Positions 29,533 to 40,083 of a DNA stretch of 64,000 bases are shown here, piece by piece. The position numbers and the translations under genes are program-made. The notes under the pieces were generated by a model. The model was not told the origin of the DNA. It searched no databases and saw nothing but the letters and a program-made list of their open reading frames with translations. Source of the stretch: Candidatus Sulfopaludibacter sp. (GTDB lineage: Bacteria > Acidobacteriota > Terriglobia > Bryobacterales > Bryobacteraceae); assembly GCA_035551455.1 (NCBI GenBank), contig DASZMZ010000066.1, positions 868 through 64,867 of the forward strand. Reading direction: 5' to 3'. Position 1 is the first letter of the stretch, and every line of letters starts with the position of its first letter.

Positions 29533-30674
29533 GCCATCACCTTAGCGAAGGCGGCCTGGAACTTTTTCATTTCCTCGGCAGTCCCCACGGTGACGCGAAC
29601 ATGATTCGGCCAGCTTTGCCAAACGCGGCCGATGTAGACGTTCTCTTTGCGCATCGCCGAGACAATCTGGTTGCCCGGCCGTCCCACGTCCACCATGAAG
29701 CAGTTGGAGACCGACGGCACGAACTTGAAGCTGTGCTTGTCCAGGAACGCGAAGGTGTCGTTGCGGACGTCTCCAATCTGTTTGCGGCGCTTGGGCACCA
29801 GGTCTTTCACCATCAGGCTGGCGCTGGCCGCGGCCATACCGGTGATGGGCATCATGGTGCTGCTGTAGCCGCTCAATTTCTCCATGAGGTCTGGGCGCGC
29901 GAATGCCGCGCCGGCGCGCAGGCCGGCCATACCGTAAATCTTGGAGAAGGTCCGCAGGATGATGACATCCTTATCGGCGGCCACCATGGCGGAATTGAAC
30001 GGAGCGTCGGAAAGGTGCGTGTAGGCTTCGTCGATCATGACGATGGAGCCCTTCGGTTTGTTGGCCACCAGCCACTCGATGTCGGCCTGCGGAGTGAGTG
30101 TTCCGGTGGGATTGTTCGGGTTGCAGATGTAAATCAGTCCGGCGTTGGGACTGGCGGCGGCCATCGCCTTCACGTCGTGGGCAAAGGTCTTGGTCAGCGG
30201 CACATTGATCACTTTGGCGCCGATGAAGCGGGCGGCGCGGGCACCGGCTTCATATCCGGGGTCGCCCACCACGAACGGCTTATCCGGCGAAGTGAAGGCC
30301 AGAACAGCCTGGTGCAGGGGACCGCTGGAGCCCGGGAAGGGACGGACGTAGCCAGCCTTCAGGCCTTCCTGCTCTTCCAGCAGTTTCACCACCTTGTCGC
30401 CTTCGCTATACCGGTAGCGGCCGCCGTAAACCACCATATTGTGGACGGCTTCGCGCGCTTCGGGGCAGGGACCGAGGGGATTTTCGTTGGCATTGATGAG
30501 CACAGCGTCGGGCGGAGCGTCCACCTTGGAGAGCTGAGCCAATGCCGGTTCGTTAAAGAACGGCAGTGCGGCGGCTCCCGCGCCCATCATGGTTGCAATA
30601 CGACCAAAATTGCGGCGGGAAAAGCCGCGCTTCAGTACAGCTTGTTTCTGCTCGTCTGTAAGAACTTGTTCCAT
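29529..30674 (-). CDS. class I/II PLP-dependent aminotransferase (HisC-like) with a twin-arginine signal peptide
   Basis: Start at MEQV with GAGGGAGAAA upstream. Tat motif SRRNFGRIATMMGAGAAALPF..ALAQ, NPNNPTG, and the PLP-lysine context FSKIYGMAGLRAG. Confidence 0.85.
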   Translation of the reverse strand: MEQVLTDEQKQAVLKRGFSRRNFGRIATMMGAGAAALPFFNEPALAQLSKVDAPPDAVLINANENPLGPCPEAREAVHNMVVYGGRYRYSEGDKVVKLLEEQEGLKAGYVRPFPGSSGPLHQAVLAFTSPDKPFVVGDPGYEAGARAARFIGAKVINVPLTKTFAHDVKAMAAASPNAGLIYICNPNNPTGTLTPQADIEWLVANKPKGSIVMIDEAYTHLSDAPFNSAMVAADKDVIILRTFSKIYGMAGLRAGAAFARPDLMEKLSGYSSTMMPITGMAAASASLMVKDLVPKRRKQIGDVRNDTFAFLDKHSFKFVPSVSNCFMVDVGRPGNQIVSAMRKENVYIGRVWQSWPNHVRVTVGTAEEMKKFQAAFAKVMA

Positions 30675-30930
30675 TTTCTCCCTCTCGTGAGCTGAGATGA
30701 TGTGCGCTGGCGGCACGGTTGCTCGCAACAGGGAGCTGTGTCCGCGCCGACACGGGCGCGAGCCGAACTTTCTGCCAACCTATCACCCTCCGTACACTCG
30801 TGTCGAATTAATACAACTTATGCAGTCATTAATTTCAGAAGGGGCGTACTTCTTTTGGTATCTTCGCGCGTTCGGTTTTACGTTTATAGCCCCGAAGAGC
30901 TACGCGCTTATACGGTAACCTTCGTACAGG

Positions 30931-31617
30931 ATGTCTCATCTAAGTGTTTTCATGCACTCGACTCGTCTCGCAATAGTTCTCAGTCTCGTTGGCTATGGCA
31001 GCCTGCAAGCCCAGGAAAACACCCCTCCTGAAGACAAACGCATCTTTGGCGTGATGCCCAACAATCGCACCACCGAAAACTCGCTGCCCTTCCACAAGAT
31101 CACGCCCAAACAGAAGATGACCATCGCATTCAAGGATTCGTTCGATTGGCCGGTCTACCCCACGGCGGGACTCTTCGCCGCACTCTATCAATTGGAAAAC
31201 CAGAATCCGTCATTCGGACAAGGGATGGCCGGTTATGCCAAACGCTTCGCCACTGCTTATGGCGATCAGATGATCGGCAATATGATGACCGAAGGGATTG
31301 TGCCCGTCCTCTCGCATGAAGATCCCCGCTATTTCCGGTCGGGCGAAGGCTCCAAGAAGACGCGGCTCGGCTACGCGCTTTCGCGCATCTTGATCTGCCG
31401 CACCGATACCGGACGGAATACGTTCAACCTGCCGGAGTGGGGCGGCAATGCCATTGGCACCGCCATCTCCAATGCCTACTATCCGGACACCCGGACCGTC
31501 AGCGACAACGTCCAAAAGCTGCTGATCGCCTGCGCCACCGACGCCTTCTCCAACGTGTTGAAGGAATTCTGGCCCGACGTCAAACGCAAGCTCCACAAGA
31601 AATCGGCAGATAAGTAG
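30931..31617 (+). CDS. hypothetical exported protein
   Basis: 228 aa with a signal-like N-terminus (alternative ATG at 30952). No motif I can name. Preceded by a roughly 200-bp low-GC divergent intergenic region. Confidence 0.6.
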   Translation: MSHLSVFMHSTRLAIVLSLVGYGSLQAQENTPPEDKRIFGVMPNNRTTENSLPFHKITPKQKMTIAFKDSFDWPVYPTAGLFAALYQLENQNPSFGQGMAGYAKRFATAYGDQMIGNMMTEGIVPVLSHEDPRYFRSGEGSKKTRLGYALSRILICRTDTGRNTFNLPEWGGNAIGTAISNAYYPDTRTVSDNVQKLLIACATDAFSNVLKEFWPDVKRKLHKKSADK

Positions 31618-31665
31618 CCAAGTGCCTCGAAAAGGCCGGCTTTCGCAGGCCGGAGGCCTACGCTA

Positions 31666-33546
31666 CTACTTGATCTCGAAGTCCAGCCAGTGGGTGAATT
31701 CCTTGCCTCCACTGGTGGCGATCACACCGAAGAGGTAGGTGCCCGGCTCTAGCGCGGCATCCAGTCTGTACAGGCCGGTGATGAGTTCGCCGGACTTCAC
31801 TTCGCGCTGCCTGCCGGCGTAGATTTCCTGGTCGCCGCGCATCAATTTCACTCGCGCTTGGATGGGCAACTCCTGCTTCCCCGCCCCGCGCCGAACTTGA
31901 AAAGTAAACTTCAGCGCGTCATTGGGCCGGAACTGCCGGACCGCCGGATCGCCCTCTTCCACCATGCGATACGATGTCCCCTGGATGAGCTGCGGCGGTC
32001 CGCCGCTCCCCGTCCACAGGCTCACTCCGGCGATCACCAGTTCTTCCTTTCGCGCATCGGCCACCTCCAGCACTTGCGCCGCCGACCCGATTTCCGACGC
32101 GCTGCGCACGGCCGCGCGCACCTGGTAATGACCGGGCGCCACCACATTGCGCATCACCGCCACCAAGCCGTCGCGCATCACTTCGCGGGCCGTATCGCCG
32201 CACACGGTGACAGAGACATGATCGCCCGCAATCTTTTCCTTACCTTCGGGAGGCGCGTCCAGCGCCACTGCCGCCGTGAGCAGTTCGAGATTGGCCGTGC
32301 GGCAGCCATCGGCCTCCTCGCGAAATTCCACGCCTTTCGAGCGAATGCGCAGCAGCGATTCCACGGTAGCGCCGCCCGAGCCATCGTAGACTACCGACGG
32401 CGTGAGTTGCACATCCAGTCCGCCGCTCCGGAATGGCGAAAACAGCGCGTCGCGCGTCTGCTCTTCCGGCGTGAGCGTGCGCGCCGTCTCGCCCGCACCC
32501 GGCACCGCGAAGAAGCCCTGGCGCGACCGTACGACCAGTCCCCGGCGCAGCACTTTCACCTCGAGAGTGTGATACTTCGGGTCGGCGCCCGGCTTCGTCT
32601 TGAAGGCATTCGAACCGGGAGACCGTGCCAGCAGGTAATAACCGCCGGCATCCTCCACGGCGGTCCGGATCTGCCCGGTCATATCGTTGTTATCGCTCTG
32701 GAACAAACCGCCCGTGGCTTCCGACAGCAATTGCAGATACGTCTGGCCCTCGCGGAACGTGCGCATGGCGCGGCCCAACTGTGCGCCGCCCCGTCCACCA
32801 CCGCGGCCTCCGCGTCCGCCGCCATTGTCGGCGCCCGGCATCAGTACCGCCAGACGACGGATGTCGATCGTGTCGATGGCCACCGACGCCCGGTTGGCGG
32901 CGTCGGAAATCTCGCGCAGATCCTGCAGCAGTTCGCCCGTCACCAGCCCCGCGTCGATCACGCGCCCGGGACTGATCACCACAATCGACTTGCGTCCCGG
33001 AAACCCGGCCAGTGCCTGCGCGGCGCGAATCAGCACCGGCTTCAGCAGCCGGTCGGCCTGCGGCACCGAAGGCTTCCACGTCATGTGGCGCACCGCCAGA
33101 CGCAGCAATTCCGGATCGCCGCTGAACTGCTGGAGCGCGCCCGAACCACCCGATGTGCGGATCAAGGCCACCAGGTCGCCGGGCCGAATCGACTGCTCCA
33201 CATACTTGCCCAGCGCCTGCTGCAGCGAAAGAAAATCGGTGACCTTGAGTTCGTTCTCGTCGATTACGATCACCACGGCGCGCCGCACTTCCGAGCGGGC
33301 GGGCCGTGGGGCACCGGGTTGCTCCGCGGCCACGTAAGAGAAGTGTGTGACGCGCTGCGGCTTGCCGTCCTGCAGCACCTGAAAATCGTCCTTCGTCAAA
33401 TCGGCGACGTGGCGGCCGTTCGAATCGGTAACCACGGCGTCCACCTGGACCAGGTCCACGTCGAACCGCAGCACGATTCCGGGGTCGACAGTCTGCGCCG
33501 GCAGACCACACAGAAAAACTACCGCAATGGTCAGGAAGCGCCGCAT
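31666..33546 (-). CDS. VWA-domain protein, TIGR03436 (acidobacterial VWFA-related) family
   Basis: N-terminal hallmark FRFDVDLVQVDAVVTDSNGRHVADLTKDDFQVLQDGKPQ, then a VWA-like block VVIVIDEN...SIVVISPG. The ATG overlaps the hpt stop (ATGA). Confidence 0.85.
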   Translation of the reverse strand: MRRFLTIAVVFLCGLPAQTVDPGIVLRFDVDLVQVDAVVTDSNGRHVADLTKDDFQVLQDGKPQRVTHFSYVAAEQPGAPRPARSEVRRAVVIVIDENELKVTDFLSLQQALGKYVEQSIRPGDLVALIRTSGGSGALQQFSGDPELLRLAVRHMTWKPSVPQADRLLKPVLIRAAQALAGFPGRKSIVVISPGRVIDAGLVTGELLQDLREISDAANRASVAIDTIDIRRLAVLMPGADNGGGRGGRGGGRGGAQLGRAMRTFREGQTYLQLLSEATGGLFQSDNNDMTGQIRTAVEDAGGYYLLARSPGSNAFKTKPGADPKYHTLEVKVLRRGLVVRSRQGFFAVPGAGETARTLTPEEQTRDALFSPFRSGGLDVQLTPSVVYDGSGGATVESLLRIRSKGVEFREEADGCRTANLELLTAAVALDAPPEGKEKIAGDHVSVTVCGDTAREVMRDGLVAVMRNVVAPGHYQVRAAVRSASEIGSAAQVLEVADARKEELVIAGVSLWTGSGGPPQLIQGTSYRMVEEGDPAVRQFRPNDALKFTFQVRRGAGKQELPIQARVKLMRGDQEIYAGRQREVKSGELITGLYRLDAALEPGTYLFGVIATSGGKEFTHWLDFEIK

Positions 33547-34079
33547 CAGGCCGGGTCGTCGTCCAGCACGCAGATCTGATCCAGATTGCGATATTTTTCG
33601 GCGTAATCCAGACCGTAGCCCACTACAAAGCGATCGGCAATCACGAAGCCCACATAGCTGGCATGCACCGGACGGAGGCGCCGCTCGGGCTTGTCCAGGA
33701 GCGCGGCGATGCGGATGGATTTCGGCCGACGCTGCTCCAGCAGATGCATCAAATAGTTCAGCGTCACGCCGCTATCCACGATATCTTCGACAATCAACAC
33801 GTCGGCGTTTTCGAGCGAGATGTCCAGGTCCTTGGTTACCTTCACTTCGCCGGAACTCGTCTTGCCTTTGCCGTAGGTGGAGATGCCCATGAAGTCCACA
33901 AAGACGTCGCGCTTCATGGCCCGCGCCAGGTCCGTCAGGAAGAAGCAGGCGCCCTTCAGGATGCAGACCAGGTGGAGGTTGCCAGTTGGATAATCGGCTG
34001 AAATCTGTTCGCCCAATTCGCGGATGCGGGCCTGAATCTGCTCGGCGGAGATCAGGACCTTCAGGGTGGGGTCGGTCAT
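33546..34079 (-). CDS. hpt: hypoxanthine phosphoribosyltransferase
   Basis: 177 aa with the PRPP-binding motif [14 protein letters not shown]. Confidence 0.96.
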   Translation of the reverse strand: MTDPTLKVLISAEQIQARIRELGEQISADYPTGNLHLVCILKGACFFLTDLARAMKRDVFVDFMGISTYGKGKTSSGEVKVTKDLDISLENADVLIVEDIVDSGVTLNYLMHLLEQRRPKSIRIAALLDKPERRLRPVHASYVGFVIADRFVVGYGLDYAEKYRNLDQICVLDDDPA

Positions 34080-34131
34080 GAGTTTCTATTATGGCCCAAT
34101 CGTCACCTGCTATCATAAAAATCTCCCCGCA

Positions 34132-35238
34132 ATGATCGTTGAGGCCAACAGTGTCGGGTTCGAATCCATCTCTCTCGATAGCGGCGCCTCTCTCGCGCCC
34201 ATCGAAGTTGCTTACGAAACCTACGGCGAATTGAACGCCGCCAAGACCAACGCCATCCTGGTGCTGCACGCCTTTTCGGGCGATGCGCACGCCGCCGGGA
34301 TCAGCCACGAAACCGGCAAACCGGGATGGTGGGACAACATGATCGGGCCGGGCAAGGCCTTCGATACCAATCGCTATTTCGTCATCTGCACCAACGTCCT
34401 GGGCGGCTGCCGGGGCACCACGGGACCCGCTTCCGCCAATCCGGCCACCGGCTGCCCGTACGGCATGACGTTCCCCGTCATCACCATCGGCGATATGGTG
34501 AGGGCGCAGAAAATGCTGATCGACTGGTTCGGCATTCCGCGCCTGCTGGCGGTGAGCGGCGGCTCCATGGGCGGCATGCAGGCTCTGGAATGGGCGGTGG
34601 CCTTCCCCGACTCGGTAGTTTCCGCCATCCCCATCGCGACCACCACACGCCATAGCGCCCAGCAGATCGCCTTCAACGAGGTGGGCCGCCAGGCGATCAT
34701 GGCGGACCCGGATTGGAACGAAGGCAACTATTACGGCAACGCACTACCAGCGCGCGGACTGGCCGTGGCTCGCATGGTGGGCCACATCACCTACATGAGC
34801 GACGATTCGATGCGCGAGAAGTTCGGACGCAGGCTGCGGGGCAAGGAAAACTTCAGCTTCGGCTTCGACGTGGATTTCGAAGTGGAGAGCTACCTGCGCT
34901 ATCGCGGCAGCCAGTTCGTGGGCCGCTTCGACGCCAATTCGTACCTCTACATCACTAAGGCCATGGACTACTTCGACCTCACCACCGGACGAGGCACCCT
35001 GGCGACAGCCCTGGAGCACACCCGTGCGCGCTTTCTGGTGATCAGCTTCAGTTCCGACTGGCTCTACCCGAGCTACCAGTCGCAGGAAATGGTGCGCGCC
35101 CTGCGCTCGCGCAACTGCGACGTGGCTTACGTGGAGTTGCAATCGAATTACGGCCACGATTCCTTCCTGGTGGATGTGGCCGAACAGACCGATCTGGTTC
35201 GCGGCTTCCTTTCCAGCACCTTCGAGAAGGTGAAATGA
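34132..35238 (+). CDS. metX: homoserine O-acetyltransferase
   Basis: Alpha/beta hydrolase with [22 protein letters not shown] and the C-terminal YGHDSFL. The start is placed at ATG 34132 because ATG 34078 would overlap the divergent hpt start. Confidence 0.95.
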   Translation: MIVEANSVGFESISLDSGASLAPIEVAYETYGELNAAKTNAILVLHAFSGDAHAAGISHETGKPGWWDNMIGPGKAFDTNRYFVICTNVLGGCRGTTGPASANPATGCPYGMTFPVITIGDMVRAQKMLIDWFGIPRLLAVSGGSMGGMQALEWAVAFPDSVVSAIPIATTTRHSAQQIAFNEVGRQAIMADPDWNEGNYYGNALPARGLAVARMVGHITYMSDDSMREKFGRRLRGKENFSFGFDVDFEVESYLRYRGSQFVGRFDANSYLYITKAMDYFDLTTGRGTLATALEHTRARFLVISFSSDWLYPSYQSQEMVRALRSRNCDVAYVELQSNYGHDSFLVDVAEQTDLVRGFLSSTFEKVK

Positions 35239-35852
35239 GCGACCAGGATTTCGTTTCCGAGCAATTGGGCCGCAGCGATTACGCCATCATCGGCGACATT
35301 GTCGAACCCGGCTCCAAGGTGCTCGACCTGGGCTGCGGCGAGGGCGAACTGCTCCAGTGGCTGGCGCTGAAAAAGGGCGTAGATGCCCGCGGGGTCGAGA
35401 TTTCGGGAGCGAAAGTGCAGCGCGCCATCGCACGCGGCGTCTCCGTCTTCCAGTGCGATATGGAAGAAGGCCTGGTCGATTTCCCCGACCAGACTTTCGA
35501 TTACGTGATTCTCAGTCAGACCTTGCAGGAGACGCTGCGTCCTCGCGAAGTGCTCCGCCAGATGCTGCGCGTGGGACGCCGCGCCATCGTCGCATTCCCC
35601 AATTTCGGCCACTGGCGCGTACGCACCTACATGCTCCGCCGCGGCCGCGCCCCGCGCACCAAACTCTTCCCCTACGAGTGGTACGAATCGCCCAACATCC
35701 ATTTCCTGACCGTGGACGATTTCGAGGACCTCGCCGCCAAAGACGGCCTCACCATCGAGCGGCGCTACTTCCTTTCGGGCGCAAACAAAGTGACGTTCCT
35801 CCCCAATCTGTTCGCCGAAGTCGCCGTCTACCTGGTATCGCAACCCCGTTGA
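35235..35852 (+). CDS. metW: methionine biosynthesis protein MetW
   Basis: 205 aa with the SAM-MTase-like [12 protein letters not shown] motif. Overlaps metX by 4 nt, matching the canonical metXW pair. Confidence 0.93.
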   Translation: MSDQDFVSEQLGRSDYAIIGDIVEPGSKVLDLGCGEGELLQWLALKKGVDARGVEISGAKVQRAIARGVSVFQCDMEEGLVDFPDQTFDYVILSQTLQETLRPREVLRQMLRVGRRAIVAFPNFGHWRVRTYMLRRGRAPRTKLFPYEWYESPNIHFLTVDDFEDLAAKDGLTIERRYFLSGANKVTFLPNLFAEVAVYLVSQPR

Positions 35853-35884
35853 CCGTCCAGACAGGGCAGACGCTTTCGCCTCTA

Positions 35885-37243
35885 CTACCCTTCCAGCAGC
35901 CCCATCCGTGCGAACCATGCTAAAGCCTCCGACTCCGCCACCGCGCGCGTCCCATCCAGTTGCAGCAGCAGCCCGACGTCGGCGTCCTCCAGTTGCACCG
36001 GCATGTGACAGGCATTCGTCACCAGGCTGCCCCGCTCGGCCTGCCAGCGCGCCAGGTGCGACGCACAAGGCCGCGGCGTCACCGTCTCTTCACACGGAAA
36101 ATCGTGGACGTGAAAGCTGGCAAAGCCGCTGCGCACCAGCGCGAATAGGATTTCCTCCAGCCCTTCTCCGCCGTATGGCGCCAGATCGTCGAATGAAAGC
36201 GGCAGCGGATACGCATCGCCCAATGCCGACACGATAGCCTCCAGTTCCACGTGGCCCGGCGCGACGCGGACTCCGTTCAGCCCCTCGATCTCGCCGTTCT
36301 TGGCCCGACGCGACGGCGCCGCGAAGAGAAATTCCCGCATGCGCTCCGGACCGGGATTGCGGTCGAGAGCCACGTCCGCGCGGCATAACAGCGACTCACG
36401 GAAACGGCGGCAGCGCAGGAAATCCAGATACTGCTCGCATTCCAATGGGTCCTCGGGAGCCTCACCCGACGATCGCCACGGGTCGAACATCACACGCGAA
36501 TCGGCGTCGCCCAAATACTGAAGACCGTGCCCGGCGGCCTGCGCGGCGAATTCGTGGAAGTACATCGGCTGATTCACGGGCGCCAGATCGTCGTGCCAAA
36601 AGGACCCGGCATCCTTTTCCAGCAGGATGGTGGCCTCCTGCTGCAGCAACTCCCTCCAGGCGGGCGGCGCCAGGCGGCCCTCCGCAATGGTGTGCAGAAA
36701 GCTGCGAGCCTGTTCGATGCGCTGACGCGGTCCGGGTGCACGACGCGTCTGGTAGAGCATCATCTCACGCAGCAACTGCCGCATCTGCCGTCCGGGGAAG
36801 ACGTTGTAGCTGACGAAGGCGATTCCTTGCGGCGCCAGACGCTCGGCGCAGACTCGCAACAAACCTTCGCGGACGTCCGCCGGCACCCACGAGTACACAC
36901 CGTGCGCGATCACATAATCGAACGTGCCATATTCCTCGTCGATGTCCCGCAGATCGGCCGTGACGAGGCGGATATTCGAGAGTTCCAGGTCGCCGGCCAT
37001 GCGCTGCGCCGCCGCGATGGGACCAGGGGCCAGATCGACACCCACGGCAAAACTACCCGGCAGTCCGTACGCCATCGGCACCAGATTGCTGCCATCGCCA
37101 CAGCCGATCTCGAGCACGCTGCACTCGGCCACCGGCGCGGGGCGCATACCGAAAAGCCGACCCACCGCTGCCAGCCGGTCCGGATGCGTTTCCATTCGCG
37201 GCCGTGTGAGATACGGAACCTCATCGTAGGGATTATCGTTCAC
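35885..37243 (-). CDS. class I SAM-dependent methyltransferase with a C-terminal methyltransferase-regulatory-type domain
   Basis: 452 aa with YDEVPY..... and VLEIGCGDGSNL (motif I). The long C-terminal extension resembles PF10119-containing proteins. Confidence 0.75.
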   Translation of the reverse strand: MNDNPYDEVPYLTRPRMETHPDRLAAVGRLFGMRPAPVAECSVLEIGCGDGSNLVPMAYGLPGSFAVGVDLAPGPIAAAQRMAGDLELSNIRLVTADLRDIDEEYGTFDYVIAHGVYSWVPADVREGLLRVCAERLAPQGIAFVSYNVFPGRQMRQLLREMMLYQTRRAPGPRQRIEQARSFLHTIAEGRLAPPAWRELLQQEATILLEKDAGSFWHDDLAPVNQPMYFHEFAAQAAGHGLQYLGDADSRVMFDPWRSSGEAPEDPLECEQYLDFLRCRRFRESLLCRADVALDRNPGPERMREFLFAAPSRRAKNGEIEGLNGVRVAPGHVELEAIVSALGDAYPLPLSFDDLAPYGGEGLEEILFALVRSGFASFHVHDFPCEETVTPRPCASHLARWQAERGSLVTNACHMPVQLEDADVGLLLQLDGTRAVAESEALAWFARMGLLEG

Positions 37244-37343
37244 GCTTCATTATGGAACGGCAGAGCCCGGTGCTTTGCCGCACTCACACCGTCGCACGAC
37301 GGCGTCGAACGTGCTCACTTCAGCGCGACGGGGAGGTACCGGG

Positions 37344-37781
37344 ATGAAAACGATTGTCGCAATTCTACTTTCATGCGCCGCTCTTTGTTGTGCGCAGGAA
37401 TCAACAACACCACAGCAGGAGCCGCCGGCCGCAAACGTAAAACGGCTGCAATCGGTCACCTGGGATCTTGCCACACACAAGCTCATCTGGATCGTCGAAA
37501 AAGGCAGCGTGGTGGATGGCGAGTTTGTTCCGCAAACCAAAGTAAAGTACGAAGTGGCGCCCGACGAGGCCTTCATGGCATACGCCGGCGAGAAGCGGCC
37601 TGTTAGCGAAGAGGAAGCCGCCAGCCTGCATCACCTGCTGGACACGCTCAGCCTCTATTGCGTGGAGAGCGTGGTTTGGTGGGATCACAGCGGCGAGCCT
37701 GCGTCGCCCGAGCCCACACGCACCAAACCTCAGCCAACGCCGGCCTCGAAGACCGTAAAAGTCGCTGCCAAAATGCAGTAG
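37344..37781 (+). CDS. hypothetical exported protein
   Basis: GGGAGG lies upstream of the ATG at 37344. Signal peptide MKTIVAILLSCAALCCAQ and a Pro/Thr-rich tail. Confidence 0.6.
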   Translation: MKTIVAILLSCAALCCAQESTTPQQEPPAANVKRLQSVTWDLATHKLIWIVEKGSVVDGEFVPQTKVKYEVAPDEAFMAYAGEKRPVSEEEAASLHHLLDTLSLYCVESVVWWDHSGEPASPEPTRTKPQPTPASKTVKVAAKMQ

Positions 37782-37785
37782 GCTT

Positions 37786-38343
37786 TCAAAACACCATAAA
37801 GCCCGGCGTGACGCCGCGCCGCTTGCACCACTCCAGATACAAACTGGCGTAACTGGCAACGATGTAGTCGCTCTCCGCGAAACCCAGCTTGCGGGCCATG
37901 CGATCGATCCAGCGGGGACTGCCCTCCAGTTCGATATAAACGCCGATGGGAGTTTCGTCGAGCGTGGCGACTCCCGAGCCGCCGGCGGCGCGATACTCGG
38001 CGCGATACTTCTCATAGCGGAACGACGGCAGAAAGCCGAGCCTGTCCAGAATTTGCGACACGGTGCGCGCGCTGGCAATCTCGGTCTCCAGCTCTTCCCT
38101 GCTCTTGTGCTTCCCCGCGATGGGCACGCCCTTGAAGGTCAGCGTGGCGTGGCTGCCGGCTTCTCGCACCCGCACCATCGTGCGATTCTTACGCAGTGTG
38201 CCGCCGGCGGTGTCGAACACCACGTTGGATTCGAACACGCGGCGGCGGAACACGCGGAATCCGGCGGCGCGCAGCAGACGCCGGGCGGTTTGCACATTGG
38301 CCACCGCCAGCTTGATCTCGGTTTCGTGCGTACCTTTTTTCAT
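37786..38343 (-). CDS. CYTH-domain protein (class IV adenylate cyclase / triphosphatase-like)
   Basis: N-terminal ETEIKL (the EXEXK signature of CYTH) in a 185-aa protein. Confidence 0.75.
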   Translation of the reverse strand: MKKGTHETEIKLAVANVQTARRLLRAAGFRVFRRRVFESNVVFDTAGGTLRKNRTMVRVREAGSHATLTFKGVPIAGKHKSREELETEIASARTVSQILDRLGFLPSFRYEKYRAEYRAAGGSGVATLDETPIGVYIELEGSPRWIDRMARKLGFAESDYIVASYASLYLEWCKRRGVTPGFMVF

Positions 38344-38783
38344 CAGTGCGCCGCATCGCCGCGATGATGATCGCGGAAATCCTGATCGATGGCCTTGCGG
38401 CCTCGAAAGCCCTCATCCACGCCGTGCCAGAATGCGATGGACGGCTCATCCAGCTTCCAGCAAAGATAAACCTCCACGCCTCGAAATAGCGTGGGGAAAT
38501 CGATCAGGCCGGTGTCGAGGTCCTTCACCACGCAGCCGATTTCCTGCACGCCTTCGATCGCATCGCGTAATGCAACGGCGGCCGTCTCGCGGCGATTGCG
38601 CGCGTCCAGCGCTTTCTCGCGGTCCACGGCAATCCCGCCCATCAGCATAATGCGCTCGCTGAGTTCATCGATGACGCGCTCCGCTTCTTCGTAATCGGCT
38701 TTGGCGGCGATCGCGCTGCGCAACAGCGCGTCCACCTGCGGAATCAAATTCTGTGCTTCAGTGAGAGTGAACCGTTTCGGCAT
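38343..38783 (-). CDS. DUF2203-family protein
   Basis: 146 aa: [13 protein letters not shown]..., a coiled region, then [15 protein letters not shown]....[15 protein letters not shown], as I recall for DUF2203. Overlaps the ispG 3' end by 26 nt. Confidence 0.65.
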   Translation of the reverse strand: MPKRFTLTEAQNLIPQVDALLRSAIAAKADYEEAERVIDELSERIMLMGGIAVDREKALDARNRRETAAVALRDAIEGVQEIGCVVKDLDTGLIDFPTLFRGVEVYLCWKLDEPSIAFWHGVDEGFRGRKAIDQDFRDHHRGDAAH

Positions 38784-39999
38784 CGGTTGCGTAATGCGAA
38801 GCTACGTAGCTATTGAGAATCTCAATAAATTCCGCCACGATGCGATCGCCCTTTAACGTGCACATCAGACGGCCGTCTACAAACACGGGCGCCTTCGGTT
38901 CTTCGAATGTCCCAGGCAGCGAGATGCCGATATTGGAGTGTTTGGATTCCCCAGGACCGTTCACCACACAGCCCATCACCGCCACGGTCATGGTCTCGAC
39001 GCCCGGATGTCCGGCTTTCCACTTCGGCATCTGCGTGCGCAGGTAGGTCTGGATCTCGTCCGCCATCTCCTGGAAAAACGTACTGGTGGTGCGTCCGCAT
39101 CCCGGGCAGGCGGTCACCTGCGGCGTGAAACTGCGAATCCCCAGCGACTGCAAAATCTGCTGCGAGACTACCACCTCTTCGGTGCGATCGCCATTCGGCA
39201 GGGGCGTCAACGACGTGCGGATCGTGTCGCCGATACCGTCCTGCAATACCGGCGCGAGAGCGGCGGTGGTTGCCACGATGCCCTTGCTGCCCATGCCCGC
39301 CTCGGTCAGTCCGAGATGCAGCGGATAATCGCAAACGGCGGCCAGTGCATGGTAGACGTCGATCAGGTCCTGCACACCGCTCACTTTGGCGCTGAGGATA
39401 ATCTTGTCGTGCCCCAGCCCGTGCCGTTCGGCGGACTCCGCGGAGGAGACGGCGCTCGCCACCATGGCATCCAGCGTAACGTCGCGGGCGGTCTTCGGCT
39501 CCGGCAGCCGTGAATTCTCGTCCATCATGCGAGTCAGCAGGGCCGAATCCAGCGAGCCCCAGTTGACGCCGATGCGGACGGGCTTGTTATTCTCCGCGGC
39601 CACATCGATCATGATCTTGAAGTTATCGTCGTTCTTCCGCCCGATGTCGGAATTACCCGGATTGATGCGGTACTTGGACAGCGTGCGCGCACAATCGGGA
39701 TACTTCTTGAGAAGAATGTGGCCGTTGTAATGGAAGTCGCCGATGATCGGCACCCGCACTCCGAACTTCTCGCAAGTGTCGACAATCTTCGGAACCGCGG
39801 CGGCGGCGGCTTCGGTATTCACCGTCACGCGCACCAATTCCGAGCCGGCTCGCGCCAGCGCCATCACCTGGTTCACGGTGGAAGCGACATCCGCGGTATC
39901 GGTGTTGGTCATCGATTGGACCACAATCGGATGATTGCCCCCCACCTTCACACCTCCCACGTCAACCACAACCGCCTGGCGGCGGGTTTTTACAGCCAT
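38758..39999 (-). CDS. ispG: 4-hydroxy-3-methylbut-2-en-1-yl diphosphate synthase (flavodoxin)
   Basis: 413 aa with the TIM-barrel block VRVTVN....A and the C-terminal Fe-S cysteines ACPGCGRT...GCVVNGPGE. Confidence 0.97.
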   Translation of the reverse strand: MAVKTRRQAVVVDVGGVKVGGNHPIVVQSMTNTDTADVASTVNQVMALARAGSELVRVTVNTEAAAAAVPKIVDTCEKFGVRVPIIGDFHYNGHILLKKYPDCARTLSKYRINPGNSDIGRKNDDNFKIMIDVAAENNKPVRIGVNWGSLDSALLTRMMDENSRLPEPKTARDVTLDAMVASAVSSAESAERHGLGHDKIILSAKVSGVQDLIDVYHALAAVCDYPLHLGLTEAGMGSKGIVATTAALAPVLQDGIGDTIRTSLTPLPNGDRTEEVVVSQQILQSLGIRSFTPQVTACPGCGRTTSTFFQEMADEIQTYLRTQMPKWKAGHPGVETMTVAVMGCVVNGPGESKHSNIGISLPGTFEEPKAPVFVDGRLMCTLKGDRIVAEFIEILNSYVASHYATDAETVHSH

Positions 40000-40083
40000 G
40001 CATCTCCTTTCAGGTAGAACCCTTTAATTTTAACATTCCAAACGTCATACCCCGGGTGTAGAGTATTCCAGAAGGGGGTGAGC

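Noticed and set aside
34066-34131. Longer metX start (34066 or ATG 34078)
   Set aside because: It would overlap the divergent hpt start codon (34077-34079) and add a non-conserved [18 protein letters not shown] extension. ATG 34132 gives the usual MetX N-terminus.
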